Source: a virus
Lineage: Duplodnaviria > Caudoviricetes
DNA: 64,000 bases
Virus record (IMG/VR): IMGVR_UViG_3300013307_000671
Coordinates: 1-64,000 of that record
Reading direction: 5' to 3' (one strand)
Shown here: piece after piece, positions 50,795-60,805 of the stretch
Position numbering within the stretch: position 1 is the stretch's first letter
Layout of the letters: each line of letters starts with the position of its first letter
The notes under the pieces: generated by a model
Seen by the model: only the letters and a program-made list of their open reading frames with translations
What the model was told of the DNA's origin: nothing
The model's database searches: none
Program-made: the position numbers and the translations under genes

Positions 50795-51304
50795 TCAGAA
50801 TGGGATATCGTCGTCGAAATCCATCGGTGCATTTGCGGTTGACTGCGCCTGTTGAGGCTGACCAGAGAACTGCTGTTGCTGTTGCGGCGCTTGCTGCTGT
50901 TGATCCTGACGATTTTGATTTTGGTTGCGTTGTGGCTGACCGCTTTGCTGATTGCCTGAAGCATTACCCAGCATCTGCATAGTGCCTTTATTGCCAGACA
51001 CGACCACTTCAGTAGTATAACGATCATTACCTTTATCGTCTTTCCACTTCTGAGTGCGCAGAGCACCTTCAATATAAACTTTCGAACCTTTACGCAGGTA
51101 TTCAGCGGCTACTTCAGCGACTTTACCCCACAGCACCACGCGATGCCATTCAGTCAGCTCTTTGTTTTCACCAGTCTGCTTATCACGCCATGTTTCACTT
51201 GTCGCCAGAGACAGTTGGCATACAGCCGTACCATTAGGGATATAACGGATTTCAGGATCTTGACCCAGATTACCAACCAGAATAACCTTATTAATACCGC
51301 TCAT
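50795..51304 (-). CDS. ssb: Single-stranded DNA-binding protein
   Basis: '[15 protein letters not shown]', 'TEWHRVV', acidic tail 'DFDDDIPF'. Confidence 0.97.
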   Translation of the reverse strand: MSGINKVILVGNLGQDPEIRYIPNGTAVCQLSLATSETWRDKQTGENKELTEWHRVVLWGKVAEVAAEYLRKGSKVYIEGALRTQKWKDDKGNDRYTTEVVVSGNKGTMQMLGNASGNQQSGQPQRNQNQNRQDQQQQAPQQQQQFSGQPQQAQSTANAPMDFDDDIPF

Positions 51305-51765
51305 ACACATCACCTCAAAGTTTAAGTTTACGTTTCAGGTCTCTATCAACCTATGAAGCTATTCTACGCGCTCATCAGGTTAAAGTCAACAAAATATTTA
51401 CTCTAACCATGATTTTTTACAGCAAAGAAGCTAGGCTTCTTATTAAAAACTTACTTTTTTCCATTCACAGGCATTGCAATAATCAAAAACCCAAAACTCA
51501 CCTTTAAGATTGACCACTGCGCCTTCATTTATAGCAAATACTTGTCCTGAGATTGTTTTGCCTTCTTCACGTAAAGTTACTGAACCTAACGTGGACTCAA
51601 TCAGGGATTGCTCAATTTTCACATCAGGTGTAGCCAGGATAATCAGGGACATTTTTAGCCTCGTTTGGTTTGTTAAAACTTATTATGACATCATACCAAA
51701 AACATCAATCCAAATCATTAAAAATATGATGAGAAAAACAAAAAAGCCGCCCGGAGGCGACTTAA

Positions 51766-52335
51766 TTAGGTGCGTTTTTTAGCTGAAGGCACAGAAAAAC
51801 TGACATACGCAAGCTCTTCTGGTGTAAGCTTGCCTTTAATAACTTCCATCATTTTCAGCAAATCTTTTTGTTCCTGTTCTCGCTTTAGCGCTTCTTCCTG
51901 ACTTTTGCGCAGCTTTTCATCTTCCTCTCTTTTCAGAGAAGCGTGAATATCTTCGAGATCCTTTTTGATTTTCTCTTCCGCATCGCACCATAACACTTCA
52001 ACCGGAAGTCCTTCTCTGAAATACATTTCGAGAAGAGGCGGCTCTGGCAAATACTCATCCTCACTATAGGTAGCACCCACCACCTTAATGACCTTCTTGT
52101 ATTCTTCATAATCAAAATGACCATTACTCTCGCTTTCGCTATCACCATTACCATAGTCAAACCAAGAAATCTCAGCATCTGACATCTGCGCAGCTAAGGA
52201 TAAAAAATAAAACAGTCGATTATCTATTTCCTCTTTAAAATAATTAAACTCATGCAGCGTCATCTCACCTGAAAACAGACGCTTTAGTCTACTCTTATCC
52301 AGCGGCTCGACTACTTCAATGATTTTTTTTGTCAT
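51766..52335 (-). CDS. Hypothetical protein with C-terminal coiled coil
   Basis: GAGG RBS. Confidence 0.7.
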   Translation of the reverse strand: MTKKIIEVVEPLDKSRLKRLFSGEMTLHEFNYFKEEIDNRLFYFLSLAAQMSDAEISWFDYGNGDSESESNGHFDYEEYKKVIKVVGATYSEDEYLPEPPLLEMYFREGLPVEVLWCDAEEKIKKDLEDIHASLKREEDEKLRKSQEEALKREQEQKDLLKMMEVIKGKLTPEELAYVSFSVPSAKKRT

Positions 52336-52414
52336 ATTATCCTCTGTATTCGTTAATATTTTTCTTTTTTATATGCAAAAGAGCCTTGCTGAGCAAGACT
52401 CTTTTATTGTTTAG

Positions 52415-52876
52415 TTATCGTTTCTGCACTTTTCTAAAAAGCAAGATTAAGTCTTTTTCGATTGTCTCTGCTTCTTTTTCATTTTCTTCAAGCCATTCAC
52501 TTCTGATATTTAAACCTTTTGCACTACCCTTGCTCACACGATTGATAGCATAATCTCTCAATAAGCGTTTAAATTCAGCATCAGCAGTTTCAATATCGCA
52601 CAGAGAAATATCTTGCCAGTTATTTACAGTGATTGGAGTGTTCCATGCCTCATCATAATCCCAAATACATTTACTTGGGTCTACGCCTTGTGGTACGGAC
52701 ATTACTTTACCATAAACAGAAAAGCTCTTAGATCCAACCAGCTTTGTCCAAACACCATCTTTGAAGAAAGGGCGTTTATCAAAAGATTTGACTGTGCCGT
52801 CAGCATCCATAACCACATAAAACACACCGCCATCATGTTCACGGCAACGGAGTCCAAAAACAGTAACTCTTTTCAT
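52415..52876 (-). CDS. Hypothetical protein (phage-like)
   Basis: 'YVVMDADG...F...P...W'; AGGAG RBS. Confidence 0.65.
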   Translation of the reverse strand: MKRVTVFGLRCREHDGGVFYVVMDADGTVKSFDKRPFFKDGVWTKLVGSKSFSVYGKVMSVPQGVDPSKCIWDYDEAWNTPITVNNWQDISLCDIETADAEFKRLLRDYAINRVSKGSAKGLNIRSEWLEENEKEAETIEKDLILLFRKVQKR

Positions 52877-52885
52877 GATTACTCC

Positions 52886-53179
52886 TTATTTACCATCAAT
52901 GATGAGGTAGATACGTTCAACAAGAGACTGATGCATAGCAAAACCTTTATCATCAAGAGTTGTTTTATAACAACCGCTATGCCAGTCAGAATGAACACGC
53001 AGAGGCTTCTCTCCGTTCTCAAGCTGTCCAGCGGCTGACGCCATCATAGCAGAATCGGGGCCGTTGAAACGGTCTTCCTCATCATCCCATTCAGGATCAA
53101 AATCAGCACGAATCTTCGCATATTTCTCAATAAATGTCTTGATTTCTTTCGCCAGCTGCAGCTTTTCAGTTTTCATCAC
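52886..53179 (-). CDS. Hypothetical protein
   Basis: Own promoter with GACAAC box. Confidence 0.6.
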   Translation of the reverse strand: MMKTEKLQLAKEIKTFIEKYAKIRADFDPEWDDEEDRFNGPDSAMMASAAGQLENGEKPLRVHSDWHSGCYKTTLDDKGFAMHQSLVERIYLIIDGK

Positions 53180-53246
53180 AAAATCTCTTTCTCGTTAAGT
53201 TGAAATCAGTATAGCTTTTCGTGTTGTCTTAATCAAGCTTTATTTA

Positions 53247-53567
53247 CTACCACATGATTTTTATCACCTGCCGGGCCAGTGGCTCATTGAAGCACACTAT
53301 ACTCTCATGAAGAATATAAAGAAGGTCATCAATCGCTTCCTGCTTTTGTTCAGGCAACAACTTTTCGGACATAGAGGCAATATAGTTTTGATACACTGTC
53401 TTTTCATTTTCAGTGAACATGCTTAAATCGCAGCCACTAAAGATTTCCGATATATCCTCCTGAACTGAATCATGATTACCATTCTCGTTTTCGGCACGAA
53501 GGTTATCAATGATTTCACATGCTTCAGTTATCCAAACCATATCATGATCACTAACAGAAGTTTTCAT
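53247..53567 (-). CDS. Acidic hypothetical protein
   Basis: GAGG RBS. Confidence 0.6.
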   Translation of the reverse strand: MKTSVSDHDMVWITEACEIIDNLRAENENGNHDSVQEDISEIFSGCDLSMFTENEKTVYQNYIASMSEKLLPEQKQEAIDDLLYILHESIVCFNEPLARQVIKIMW

Positions 53568-53678
53568 ACATTACCTCAGTATATTTAATAACGCATTATC
53601 TTTCTTGTTGTCATAAATGCAACAAAAAAGACGCCTGAGCGTCTCTTTTAAATCTTATGCTATACACAAAACTTAGAT

Positions 53679-54275
53679 TTACAGCGTTGGTTCGTTTTTA
53701 ATGATATGATTACACAATGTGTAATCTTCATCAACAATCTGATCACGCAGGAAATCGATAAAGCTTTTGTTTTCCTCAAGCACCTCATGAACAAACTCTC
53801 TTGAATAAACAACATCAATAAACTGCTGAAAACGCGCTTTAACCAAATCAGAATCGGGATCGGTGTATTTTCCCATCATGTCTTTGAGGATATTTGCAAC
53901 CTTATAGGTTTCCTCATAACTTACATTTCGGTAATTTAGATTATACAAAACATTTAATATCTCACCCGCATCAAGGATAGCATCTTCATTATATTCCATG
54001 CCATCATCCACTACAGGCTTAACTTTTACATCAAACGCAGCAATAGCCTTGCCCAGCGCTTCAAAAGGCGTAGAACCTTCCCACACAGATTCTCCATTTA
54101 GTGCGCTGAATGGAGGCTCAGTTTTACGCACAACCCATTGCGCTGCTTCACGCGCCTTTTTAGTCATAAAGCTTGGGCCAGAGTTATACGATAAAGACCA
54201 GCCAAAAAACATAGAAGCTACGATTTTATCTAACGCTTTATCATTCAGCCTATCAATCATAATCTTATCTCTCAC
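53679..54275 (-). CDS. Hypothetical protein
   Basis: ORF between promoter and terminator. Confidence 0.65.
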   Translation of the reverse strand: MRDKIMIDRLNDKALDKIVASMFFGWSLSYNSGPSFMTKKAREAAQWVVRKTEPPFSALNGESVWEGSTPFEALGKAIAAFDVKVKPVVDDGMEYNEDAILDAGEILNVLYNLNYRNVSYEETYKVANILKDMMGKYTDPDSDLVKARFQQFIDVVYSREFVHEVLEENKSFIDFLRDQIVDEDYTLCNHIIKNEPTL

Positions 54276-54428
54276 TTAGTTAATTTACATTATTATACCT
54301 ACTTATGTTGTCGCATTCAATCTAAATTTATTTTATTTATTAAAAAATAGTTTATATAAAGACATTAAAAAGTTGACTTTAACCCGTTCTTTAGCTATAA
54401 TGGTTTCAACTTAACAGGAGATACGACG

Positions 54429-55274
54429 ATGAAATATGATTTTTTCCTAAGTGGCCTGGATGAGCCTTTCAAGCAAAAAACCATTGAGGCTATTAAGGTT
54501 ATTGAAGATGCCAGCGCTTCGGGATCTATTCGCAATGTGGTATACAACGATGCTAAAGATACTCTAAATCGCGCCTGTTATCGTGCTGATAAAAAACTCA
54601 AGCCAGATTATAACTACGAAGAATGCTCTTACGACCTGCGTGCTTTTATTGACAATACTGGCTACATTGACAGTCTCCATAACATTATCTCTCTTCGCAA
54701 GAAAGTTGAAAAAACGAAAGAGCGTGCGCCTCTGGTTGTCTATTATGATCGTATCTCTGCAGAGCTTTTCGATTTAGCTCTCACAATGAAAGACTTAAAA
54801 TCTAAAGTCGTAAAAGGCCGTGATCCTAACAAAAAACCCGCGCCTCCGGCAAACCCTAATAAAATCGTGAAAACTTGCGGGTGCTGCCTGCGTCAGATTG
54901 CCATTAGCAAAGATAAAAAAATGGTTCATCACGGCTTTGAACGTCCCGGCGATGGATATCAGACAGATTCTTGCGCAGGCATCAACTTTAAATACCTGGA
55001 AATCTCTGATGATGGCCCTCGCCATATGGTTAAAACTATCAGTGAGATGATTGAAAAAGAAAAGCAGAATCTGGAAAACTTCAAAGCTGCTAAAACGTTT
55101 AGCTTTCTGAACTACAATAAGAAATGGACCACAATCAATGAAGGCGATAATGGCTTTAATTCTTATAAAGAGAATATGATTTCTCGCCAAACCTATCACA
55201 TCAAAGCTCTTGAGCGTGATCTTGAAACGTTTAACAAGATTGTCAAAGAATGGAAGCCTACAGAAAACGAATAA
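54429..55274 (+). CDS. Hypothetical protein with Zn-ribbon
   Basis: 'TCGCC...HHGFERPG..QTDSCAG'; consensus TTGACT-17-TATAAT promoter; AGGAG RBS. Confidence 0.75.
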   Translation: MKYDFFLSGLDEPFKQKTIEAIKVIEDASASGSIRNVVYNDAKDTLNRACYRADKKLKPDYNYEECSYDLRAFIDNTGYIDSLHNIISLRKKVEKTKERAPLVVYYDRISAELFDLALTMKDLKSKVVKGRDPNKKPAPPANPNKIVKTCGCCLRQIAISKDKKMVHHGFERPGDGYQTDSCAGINFKYLEISDDGPRHMVKTISEMIEKEKQNLENFKAAKTFSFLNYNKKWTTINEGDNGFNSYKENMISRQTYHIKALERDLETFNKIVKEWKPTENE

Positions 55275-55363
55275 AGGAAAGCCACCATGAGGTGGCTTTT
55301 TATTTTACTCTCGTTCAGGCTGATATTTTCAGATAAAACAAAAGCTCCAGAGGGCTTTCAATT

Positions 55364-55603
55364 TTAAGTCTCATCATCACCTTTTAAAACAAGTTTCCGC
55401 GTGGCGGCTTTTGCGTTAGCACGAATACGTGTTCTTACAAACTTCTTCGCTCCACGTTTAGACTTCGCAATCATGCGGCTGTTTCCATCGCAGTCGATAG
55501 AGGCGTGGGCCACAACCGATTCTCCACCTACGCTTACTTTTGTCAAATATCCCTGACGCCATTTCTTACGGATTTTGTCATCACGGGCATTCTGCTTATT
55601 CAT
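55364..55603 (-). CDS. Small basic protein, paralog of 55596-55976
   Basis: Shared 'RGAKKFVRTRIRANA.AAT'. Confidence 0.7.
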   Translation of the reverse strand: MNKQNARDDKIRKKWRQGYLTKVSVGGESVVAHASIDCDGNSRMIAKSKRGAKKFVRTRIRANAKAATRKLVLKGDDET

Positions 55604-55976
55604 TTTCAACACCTTTTTTAGCAAGACGTTGAGTTGCTGCATTCGCATTTGCACGAATACGCGTTCTTACGAACTTCTTGGCTCCACGCACAGACTTTGC
55701 CATACCGCGATGACCATTACAGTAATCATTACCAATCCATGCTCTAGCAGTGATGATTTCATCACCTACTTTCGCACGATCTCCCCAGCCATGCATAGAT
55801 TTATCAAGCTGATCCGTATTACCCACCCGCTGAATATTACCTCGCACTGGCTTATTCGCATCTTCACGACCGCGCTGTTCAGGCTCGTCAGGCCAACAAC
55901 CAAATCCGTTATTATATCGCACGTGACGCTGGTTTTTAGGCGCTTTATTCTTACGCCTGTGATTAATGTCAGTCAT
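55596..55976 (-). CDS. Basic protein, paralog of 55364-55603
   Basis: Shared 'RGAKKFVRTRIRANA.AAT'. Confidence 0.7.
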   Translation of the reverse strand: MTDINHRRKNKAPKNQRHVRYNNGFGCWPDEPEQRGREDANKPVRGNIQRVGNTDQLDKSMHGWGDRAKVGDEIITARAWIGNDYCNGHRGMAKSVRGAKKFVRTRIRANANAATQRLAKKGVENE

Positions 55977-55978
55977 TA

Positions 55979-56109
55979 CTATCCTCGCTTTAAAACGCTT
56001 TTCCGGCGCTTCTGTTTGATTTTAGATTTCGGCTTACTGCGACCCGCTTCAACATCAGAAAGCTTTTTAGGCTGACCAATTTTCTTCGCAAAAGCCTTAC
56101 CGAAATATC
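55979..56109 (-). pseudogene. Detached 3' end of the gene interrupted by the IscB element
   Basis: (R)YFGKAFAKKIGQ...KSVLKRG* rejoins in frame with ...DAPYR of 57829-58173. Confidence 0.7.
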
Positions 56110-56143
56110 GAAGCCTCGCTCCTTGGAGCAGTGTCTATACATC

Positions 56144-57442
56144 TTAATCATACGCATAACTATATCCGTCAAAACGATACAGCATTACGCAGTTCTTCCA
56201 GCCTATTCCTTCCACTCTCCCCTGTTTTACTTTTATATTGAAGATTCCTCTCGATCTTACCGATACCTTTCCTTTATATACTCCTTTTTTCTTCCCTTTC
56301 AATACTACTGCCTTAACCATGTCTCCCGTTTTAAATCCTCTCACTATCTTAGGGCCTTTCGCTTTTCCTCGCGGAAAACCATATTTATCAACTAAACACA
56401 TTTGCCTGCTATTTCTTCTTTCCTTCTTAATCAGCAATGGCCTTAACTTAGATGAAATATATACCTTCGCTCCCGTTGTGCCTGCGCATAATGCATCGAC
56501 ATAATGCTCCTTAGCGTAGCCCTGAGACACCCGGTTATACTTAGTCTCTGCGCCCGTTCCCGTCAGAACAGGCACCTTTAAACCTGACAGCTCTTTGATG
56601 ATTTGTTTGCGACTTATATTGACCGCTGCAGCATCTTTTAACGGAGTCTTTAACTGTGCCTTTATCTTTTTTAATAAAGGCTGGTTATCCTTCAGAAACT
56701 CCTCAATGGACATATTATCTTTCTTCTCATTACACACCCTGCAGGATAACACCAGATTGCTTATTCTGTTGCTTCCGCCTCTGCTACGTGGGATAACATG
56801 CTCTTTTTCAAATGGCACATTCTTGGCCTCACAATAGACGCAGCTATAGTGATATTTCTCAAGCAAATATGCTTTCACTTCGTAATCAAACAGCGTGCCA
56901 CGCTGATACTCAATTCCTTCAACTGCAGCGCTTTCCATCTTCTGCATATCAAACTTAACCGATTCTACCGTGATAAAACCCACAGGAGCCAGTCTAATGA
57001 AACGCTTAGACCATTCAGTTATGTTATCTACACGACTTTGAACGGATGGCGCTAACCATCCTTTATGCTTACTTCTTACGCGGTTAAGAAAACGTGGTGA
57101 TCTGTAGCGGGTTTTACGGTTTCTCCTCGACCTTCTCACCATACGACGACTATCTAAGTTGCCTTTTATTTCCTGCCCACGGTGAGTTAACACTGCCCCG
57201 AATATCGCAGACAGCCTGTTTTTACCATGTAAAACTAATCCTATTCCTGTTTGCTTTGAACCCGGATCAAACTTGAGTTCAACAGGCTGTTTGTATCCAT
57301 CTGAACGCTGAGTTAACTGTATAGTAAAAGGGTAGAAGCGTTTAACGACAGCTTTTTTGCTATGCAATAGCTGTCTTGCCCTTGCCGGATGGCAGGGCAT
57401 CAACGTCTTACCTGTTTGACTTAATACAAAAACTCTATTCAA
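56144..57442 (-). CDS. iscB: RNA-guided endonuclease IscB
   Basis: PLMP-type 'TLMPCHPARAR', RuvC-I 'FDPGSKQTG', Arg-rich 'RRSRRNRKTRYR', HNH 'EHVIPRSRGGSNRISNL', 'HYVDA'. Confidence 0.95.
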   Translation of the reverse strand: MNRVFVLSQTGKTLMPCHPARARQLLHSKKAVVKRFYPFTIQLTQRSDGYKQPVELKFDPGSKQTGIGLVLHGKNRLSAIFGAVLTHRGQEIKGNLDSRRMVRRSRRNRKTRYRSPRFLNRVRSKHKGWLAPSVQSRVDNITEWSKRFIRLAPVGFITVESVKFDMQKMESAAVEGIEYQRGTLFDYEVKAYLLEKYHYSCVYCEAKNVPFEKEHVIPRSRGGSNRISNLVLSCRVCNEKKDNMSIEEFLKDNQPLLKKIKAQLKTPLKDAAAVNISRKQIIKELSGLKVPVLTGTGAETKYNRVSQGYAKEHYVDALCAGTTGAKVYISSKLRPLLIKKERRNSRQMCLVDKYGFPRGKAKGPKIVRGFKTGDMVKAVVLKGKKKGVYKGKVSVRSRGIFNIKVKQGRVEGIGWKNCVMLYRFDGYSYAYD

Positions 57443-57494
57443 TTGTACTGTTCCTTTATTACTTCATTATTATTTATAAATAAGTTACCTTATT

Positions 57495-57836
57495 ATCTTT
57501 TATGAAAAACGATGTTTTTCATAAAGTAAGCTCTCCTCGCCAAAGTTAAAAAACATTTCATGTAATACACACTGTTTTCTCCCCGTGAAAACTGTTTAAT
57601 GTATTACGACAGTAATGAAAATGGGTTTATCATTTTCGATGCGTAGAACTGGAGAAGCATCCTACGGTGTCATCTGTTTTTTAACGTAGCCTGTAAAACC
57701 AAAGTTCTACAGGCTGAGGCTGGTCAGTTAATCCAAGTCGGAGACTTGCTCAGAAAAACCAGATGGTTTTTCTGTTTCGAAAACGATGAATCCGTTTTCA
57801 TTAACAAGCCTCGCCCGACAGGGCGGGGTTACTGAC
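57495..57836 (-). ncRNA. omegaRNA (HEARO-like) scaffold
   Basis: Hallmark segments GTCAGTAACCCC, TGACCAGCCTCAG, CTACGTT, GGATGCTTCTCCAGT, TTGGCGAGGAG upstream of iscB. Confidence 0.8.
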
Positions 57837-58173
57837 GGTAAGGAGCATCAATAACGTCAATGCCATGTGCTTTAAAATTTTCTTTATGACGTTCAAGCGT
57901 CCGAGCTACCACTTTATCATCACTGGAGTGAAGATAAATCTTTTTCAGGTTTTTGAACTTATCAAGACGATAGTTAATCCGACCCATAATGTGCTCACCT
58001 GTAATCGAAGGATGCCCTAAGAAGTTATCCAGGTAAATAATCTCAACGGTATCCTCGTTCTCAATAACCAGCTTACGCGCAAGACGCGCATCAGACTCAC
58101 TCACCACACCATCGACATTATCCAGATAATGCTCAGCTTTACGCATATCATCAATCCAAAGACGCTTAATCAT
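57829..58173 (-). CDS. Cyclic-phosphate-processing receiver-like domain protein, 3'-truncated by the IscB element
   Basis: 'LWIDDMR', 'IYLDNFLG', 'IYLHSSD'; stop codon lies within the element end. Confidence 0.65.
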   Translation of the reverse strand: MIKRLWIDDMRKAEHYLDNVDGVVSESDARLARKLVIENEDTVEIIYLDNFLGHPSITGEHIMGRINYRLDKFKNLKKIYLHSSDDKVVARTLERHKENFKAHGIDVIDAPYRQ

Positions 58174-58230
58174 TTTCTATCCTTTCTTCAAAATAGTGAA
58201 AGCCCTACAGTGATATAGGGCTGCAGTAGC

Positions 58231-58596
58231 TTACAGACAACGTGAGCGGTAAGGCGCTACATCCAATCCCACATTTCGCTTATCAAAATGAGATTTGTAG
58301 CTCAACATACGTTCAATTGCCACATCATCACTTGAGTGCAGATATACCTGCTTCAGATTCGGATAACGCTCAAGACGAAACGCAACAAAGCTCAGCAAAT
58401 CCTCGCCTGATACATCAGCATCACCTAAATTATTATCCAGATACAAAACCTCCAGCGTAGGCGCAGCATCGCGGAAAAGATAGTTCCGTGCCTCCCATGC
58501 TTCTTTTTTCCAGACTACCTTATCAGAGAAATCAGGCAGGATTTTAGACGGATCACGTAAATCATCAATCCAAAGCTCAGTAGCAACTTGTTCCAT
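58231..58596 (-). CDS. Cyclic-phosphate-processing receiver-like domain protein
   Basis: 'LWIDDLRDP', 'LYLDNNLG..SGEDLL', 'VYLHSSD'. Confidence 0.7.
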   Translation of the reverse strand: MEQVATELWIDDLRDPSKILPDFSDKVVWKKEAWEARNYLFRDAAPTLEVLYLDNNLGDADVSGEDLLSFVAFRLERYPNLKQVYLHSSDDVAIERMLSYKSHFDKRNVGLDVAPYRSRCL

Positions 58597-58691
58597 TTTC
58601 TTTTATCTCGACTGTATATTAGATTACGATGATTATACGACAACATTAAATCAAACACAATAAAAAAGAGAGGAAGCCTCTCTTTAGTTTA

Positions 58692-58892
58692 TTATTCGAT
58701 AGTTTGCTTTTTCCACCAGCCACGGAAGTAAAAATCTTCTCCGTCATCTCCTTCAAACTCGCTGATCAGTTCGCCTTGATTACAGCCATTTTCAATATCT
58801 GACTGGATTTTACTCATCACATCTGCCATCACGATATCTTTATATTGCTCTGGCACATCATCATTGATTCGAATATTGATATTTACTTCCAT
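58692..58892 (-). CDS. Small acidic protein
   Basis: GAGG RBS. Confidence 0.6.
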   Translation of the reverse strand: MEVNINIRINDDVPEQYKDIVMADVMSKIQSDIENGCNQGELISEFEGDDGEDFYFRGWWKKQTIE

Positions 58893-59185
58893 TACGTGCC
58901 TCTTTATTTAGCGTGTTCCAGTAAGCCCAGAACGAAAGCTTTGATTTCATGCAGATCTTCTTCATCAATACCCATTGTATAAGCACAGCTCTCACCTAAG
59001 TCTTCTGAAGAAGTCATCTCAGACATCAACTCACGAACCGCTTCAATCTTTTCTTTTAATGTTAAGCTCATATTATCTCCTCGTTTAAGCGCTTATTATA
59101 CCTTAAAACAACAACTAAATACAACAAAAATCCTTTCTGAAATGCTCTCTCAAAAGACAAAAAGAGCCTTTCGACCCTTTCTGAT

Positions 59186-59515
59186 TTATTCATCCATATC
59201 GGTTTTATACAGATCGTAATGTGTAATCAGTGATTCTGTATTCGCTTTGAGCCAAGCCTTCACCTCTTCAAGCGTTGTAGCGCGATACTGCAGGAGAACA
59301 TTTTCAAACGGACAGGCATATCCAGGTGTTGGCTCGCGCTTAACTGCCAGATAAACTGAAAACTCACGTTTTTCATCTCGCGCTTTTGGCGGCTGAATCC
59401 AGCCAACTTTCTTGCCTTCATGTTTGATGTAGGTTTGTGGAATATGATTACCAACAGCCATCAAACCTGTCAGCTTTTTACCATTCTTAAACGTGAAAGC
59501 CTTCACCTTAGCCAT
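59186..59515 (-). CDS. Hypothetical protein
   Basis: GAGG RBS. Confidence 0.65.
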   Translation of the reverse strand: MAKVKAFTFKNGKKLTGLMAVGNHIPQTYIKHEGKKVGWIQPPKARDEKREFSVYLAVKREPTPGYACPFENVLLQYRATTLEEVKAWLKANTESLITHYDLYKTDMDE

Positions 59516-59532
59516 TTCATTGCCTCTCAGGA

Positions 59533-59739
59533 TTATTTAAAAAGATTGCCTGTGTAAACGTTCTGAAGATAGTTCCCACCAATATACGGAGAACGCGCCC
59601 GCTTCACATTGACATAACCACGCTTTTCCAGCTTGCTCACCAGAGAAGCTACGCGCTGACGACTCATACCGAGCTTTTCGCCCATATCACGCAAAGACAT
59701 CTCTTTTTTCGTCAGCAGGTTATACAAGTTAGCTTTCAT
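59533..59739 (-). CDS. Winged helix-turn-helix protein
   Basis: 'MSLRDMGEKLGMSRQRVASLVSKLEKRGYV'; promoter TTGCTA..TATTAT-GACAAC. Confidence 0.8.
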   Translation of the reverse strand: MKANLYNLLTKKEMSLRDMGEKLGMSRQRVASLVSKLEKRGYVNVKRARSPYIGGNYLQNVYTGNLFK

Positions 59740-59941
59740 CAGAACATCCTCATTGCTGTTTATGTTGTCATAATACATCAACCTACAGTCTTTAGCAACA
59801 AAAACTATTTCTTTTGCGTAGATTTTCTCTTTAAATAATACGAGACCGCTTTAAATCCAATGAAAATGCCTAATGCATAAAATAAAATAGGCCAAAACAC
59901 TTGATGAATCTCCTATGAAAAAACCGCCCGAAGGCGGCATA

Positions 59942-60166
59942 TTATTTAGCAAAATACTTCAAGTATAAATCAGCAAGCCAAAAGAAGAGGATTGCGCCAC
60001 CAGCCAAACCAAAAAAGATGATAGCAACCCAGCCATTAGAAGCGCCTCCACCACTATAACCACCATGATAGTTATAGCCACGATTATAACCGCGAGAAGA
60101 ACGGTAGCCGCGATTACGCTTAGTCACCCATTTTCCAGTCTTTCGATTATAATACATGTTGCTCAT
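59942..60166 (-). CDS. Small Arg/Gly/Tyr-rich protein with C-terminal TM
   Basis: 'RGY' repeats followed by a hydrophobic helix. Confidence 0.55.
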   Translation of the reverse strand: MSNMYYNRKTGKWVTKRNRGYRSSRGYNRGYNYHGGYSGGGASNGWVAIIFFGLAGGAILFFWLADLYLKYFAK

Positions 60167-60385
60167 CTTTATCGCCTCTCAGCCTGTTTCGATAAAAAGA
60201 GTATAGCAATAAACCCGCTCAGTAACAACTCTTTTGTTGTCATTTACATGGCTTTACTTAAAAACGCCCATGCAGTGTCCCAAGCTCAACAAAATAGCCA
60301 GCTCTACAGCGTGAACTGCTATAATTTTAATATACATACTCATGATACGTCCTCAAAAAAAATACCGCCCGAAGGCGGCATTAGG

Positions 60386-60805
60386 TTAAGCCTCTGATTC
60401 AGCAACCATCAGATCTTCTAACAGTTTAGCTCGCTCAAGGAAGACACCAAAAGCCAAGCTTTCTTCGTTTTCATTGCCTTCGGTAATAGCCAGATCATAA
60501 CCTTTTTTCGCCATCAGGCTTGCAAAGAAATACTGCGTATTCTGGCGATAAGCGCGCTTCGACGGCTTACAAGTTCCAGTATAAACTTCTTCACCAGAGG
60601 AATGATTCACCAGCTTACCGTCAAAGTTATACGTTACCGCGTGAATCTGACCTGCTTTCGCATACACATGCACGGTATTACGATCACAGTCATAACCGTA
60701 TACCAGCGTGCCTTCATAACCTGCAGGCAGCTCAGAAACACTCACAGTTACGGAGTTGTTCACTTCAGTTTTCAGCAGCGCCAGTTCATCTTTAGTCATG
60801 TTCAT
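60386..60805 (-). CDS. Hypothetical protein
   Basis: GAGG RBS. Confidence 0.65.
   Translation of the reverse strand: MNMTKDELALLKTEVNNSVTVSVSELPAGYEGTLVYGYDCDRNTVHVYAKAGQIHAVTYNFDGKLVNHSSGEEVYTGTCKPSKRAYRQNTQYFFASLMAKKGYDLAITEGNENEESLAFGVFLERAKLLEDLMVAESEA

Larger units (their letters stand above)
56110..57836 (-). mobile_element. Non-autonomous IS200/IS605-superfamily IscB element (no tnpA)
   Basis: Left end GTCAGTAACCCCGCCCTGTCGGGCGAGGCTT; related right-end hairpin CTGCTCCAAGGAGCGAGGCTTC; iscB inside. Confidence 0.85.

Noticed and set aside
50860-50960. CAG-rich low-complexity tract
   Set aside because: It is the ordinary Gln-rich linker of Ssb
55990-56172. 60-aa ORF after iscB
   Set aside because: It spans the element's right end; the meaningful frame is the detached tail at 55979-56109
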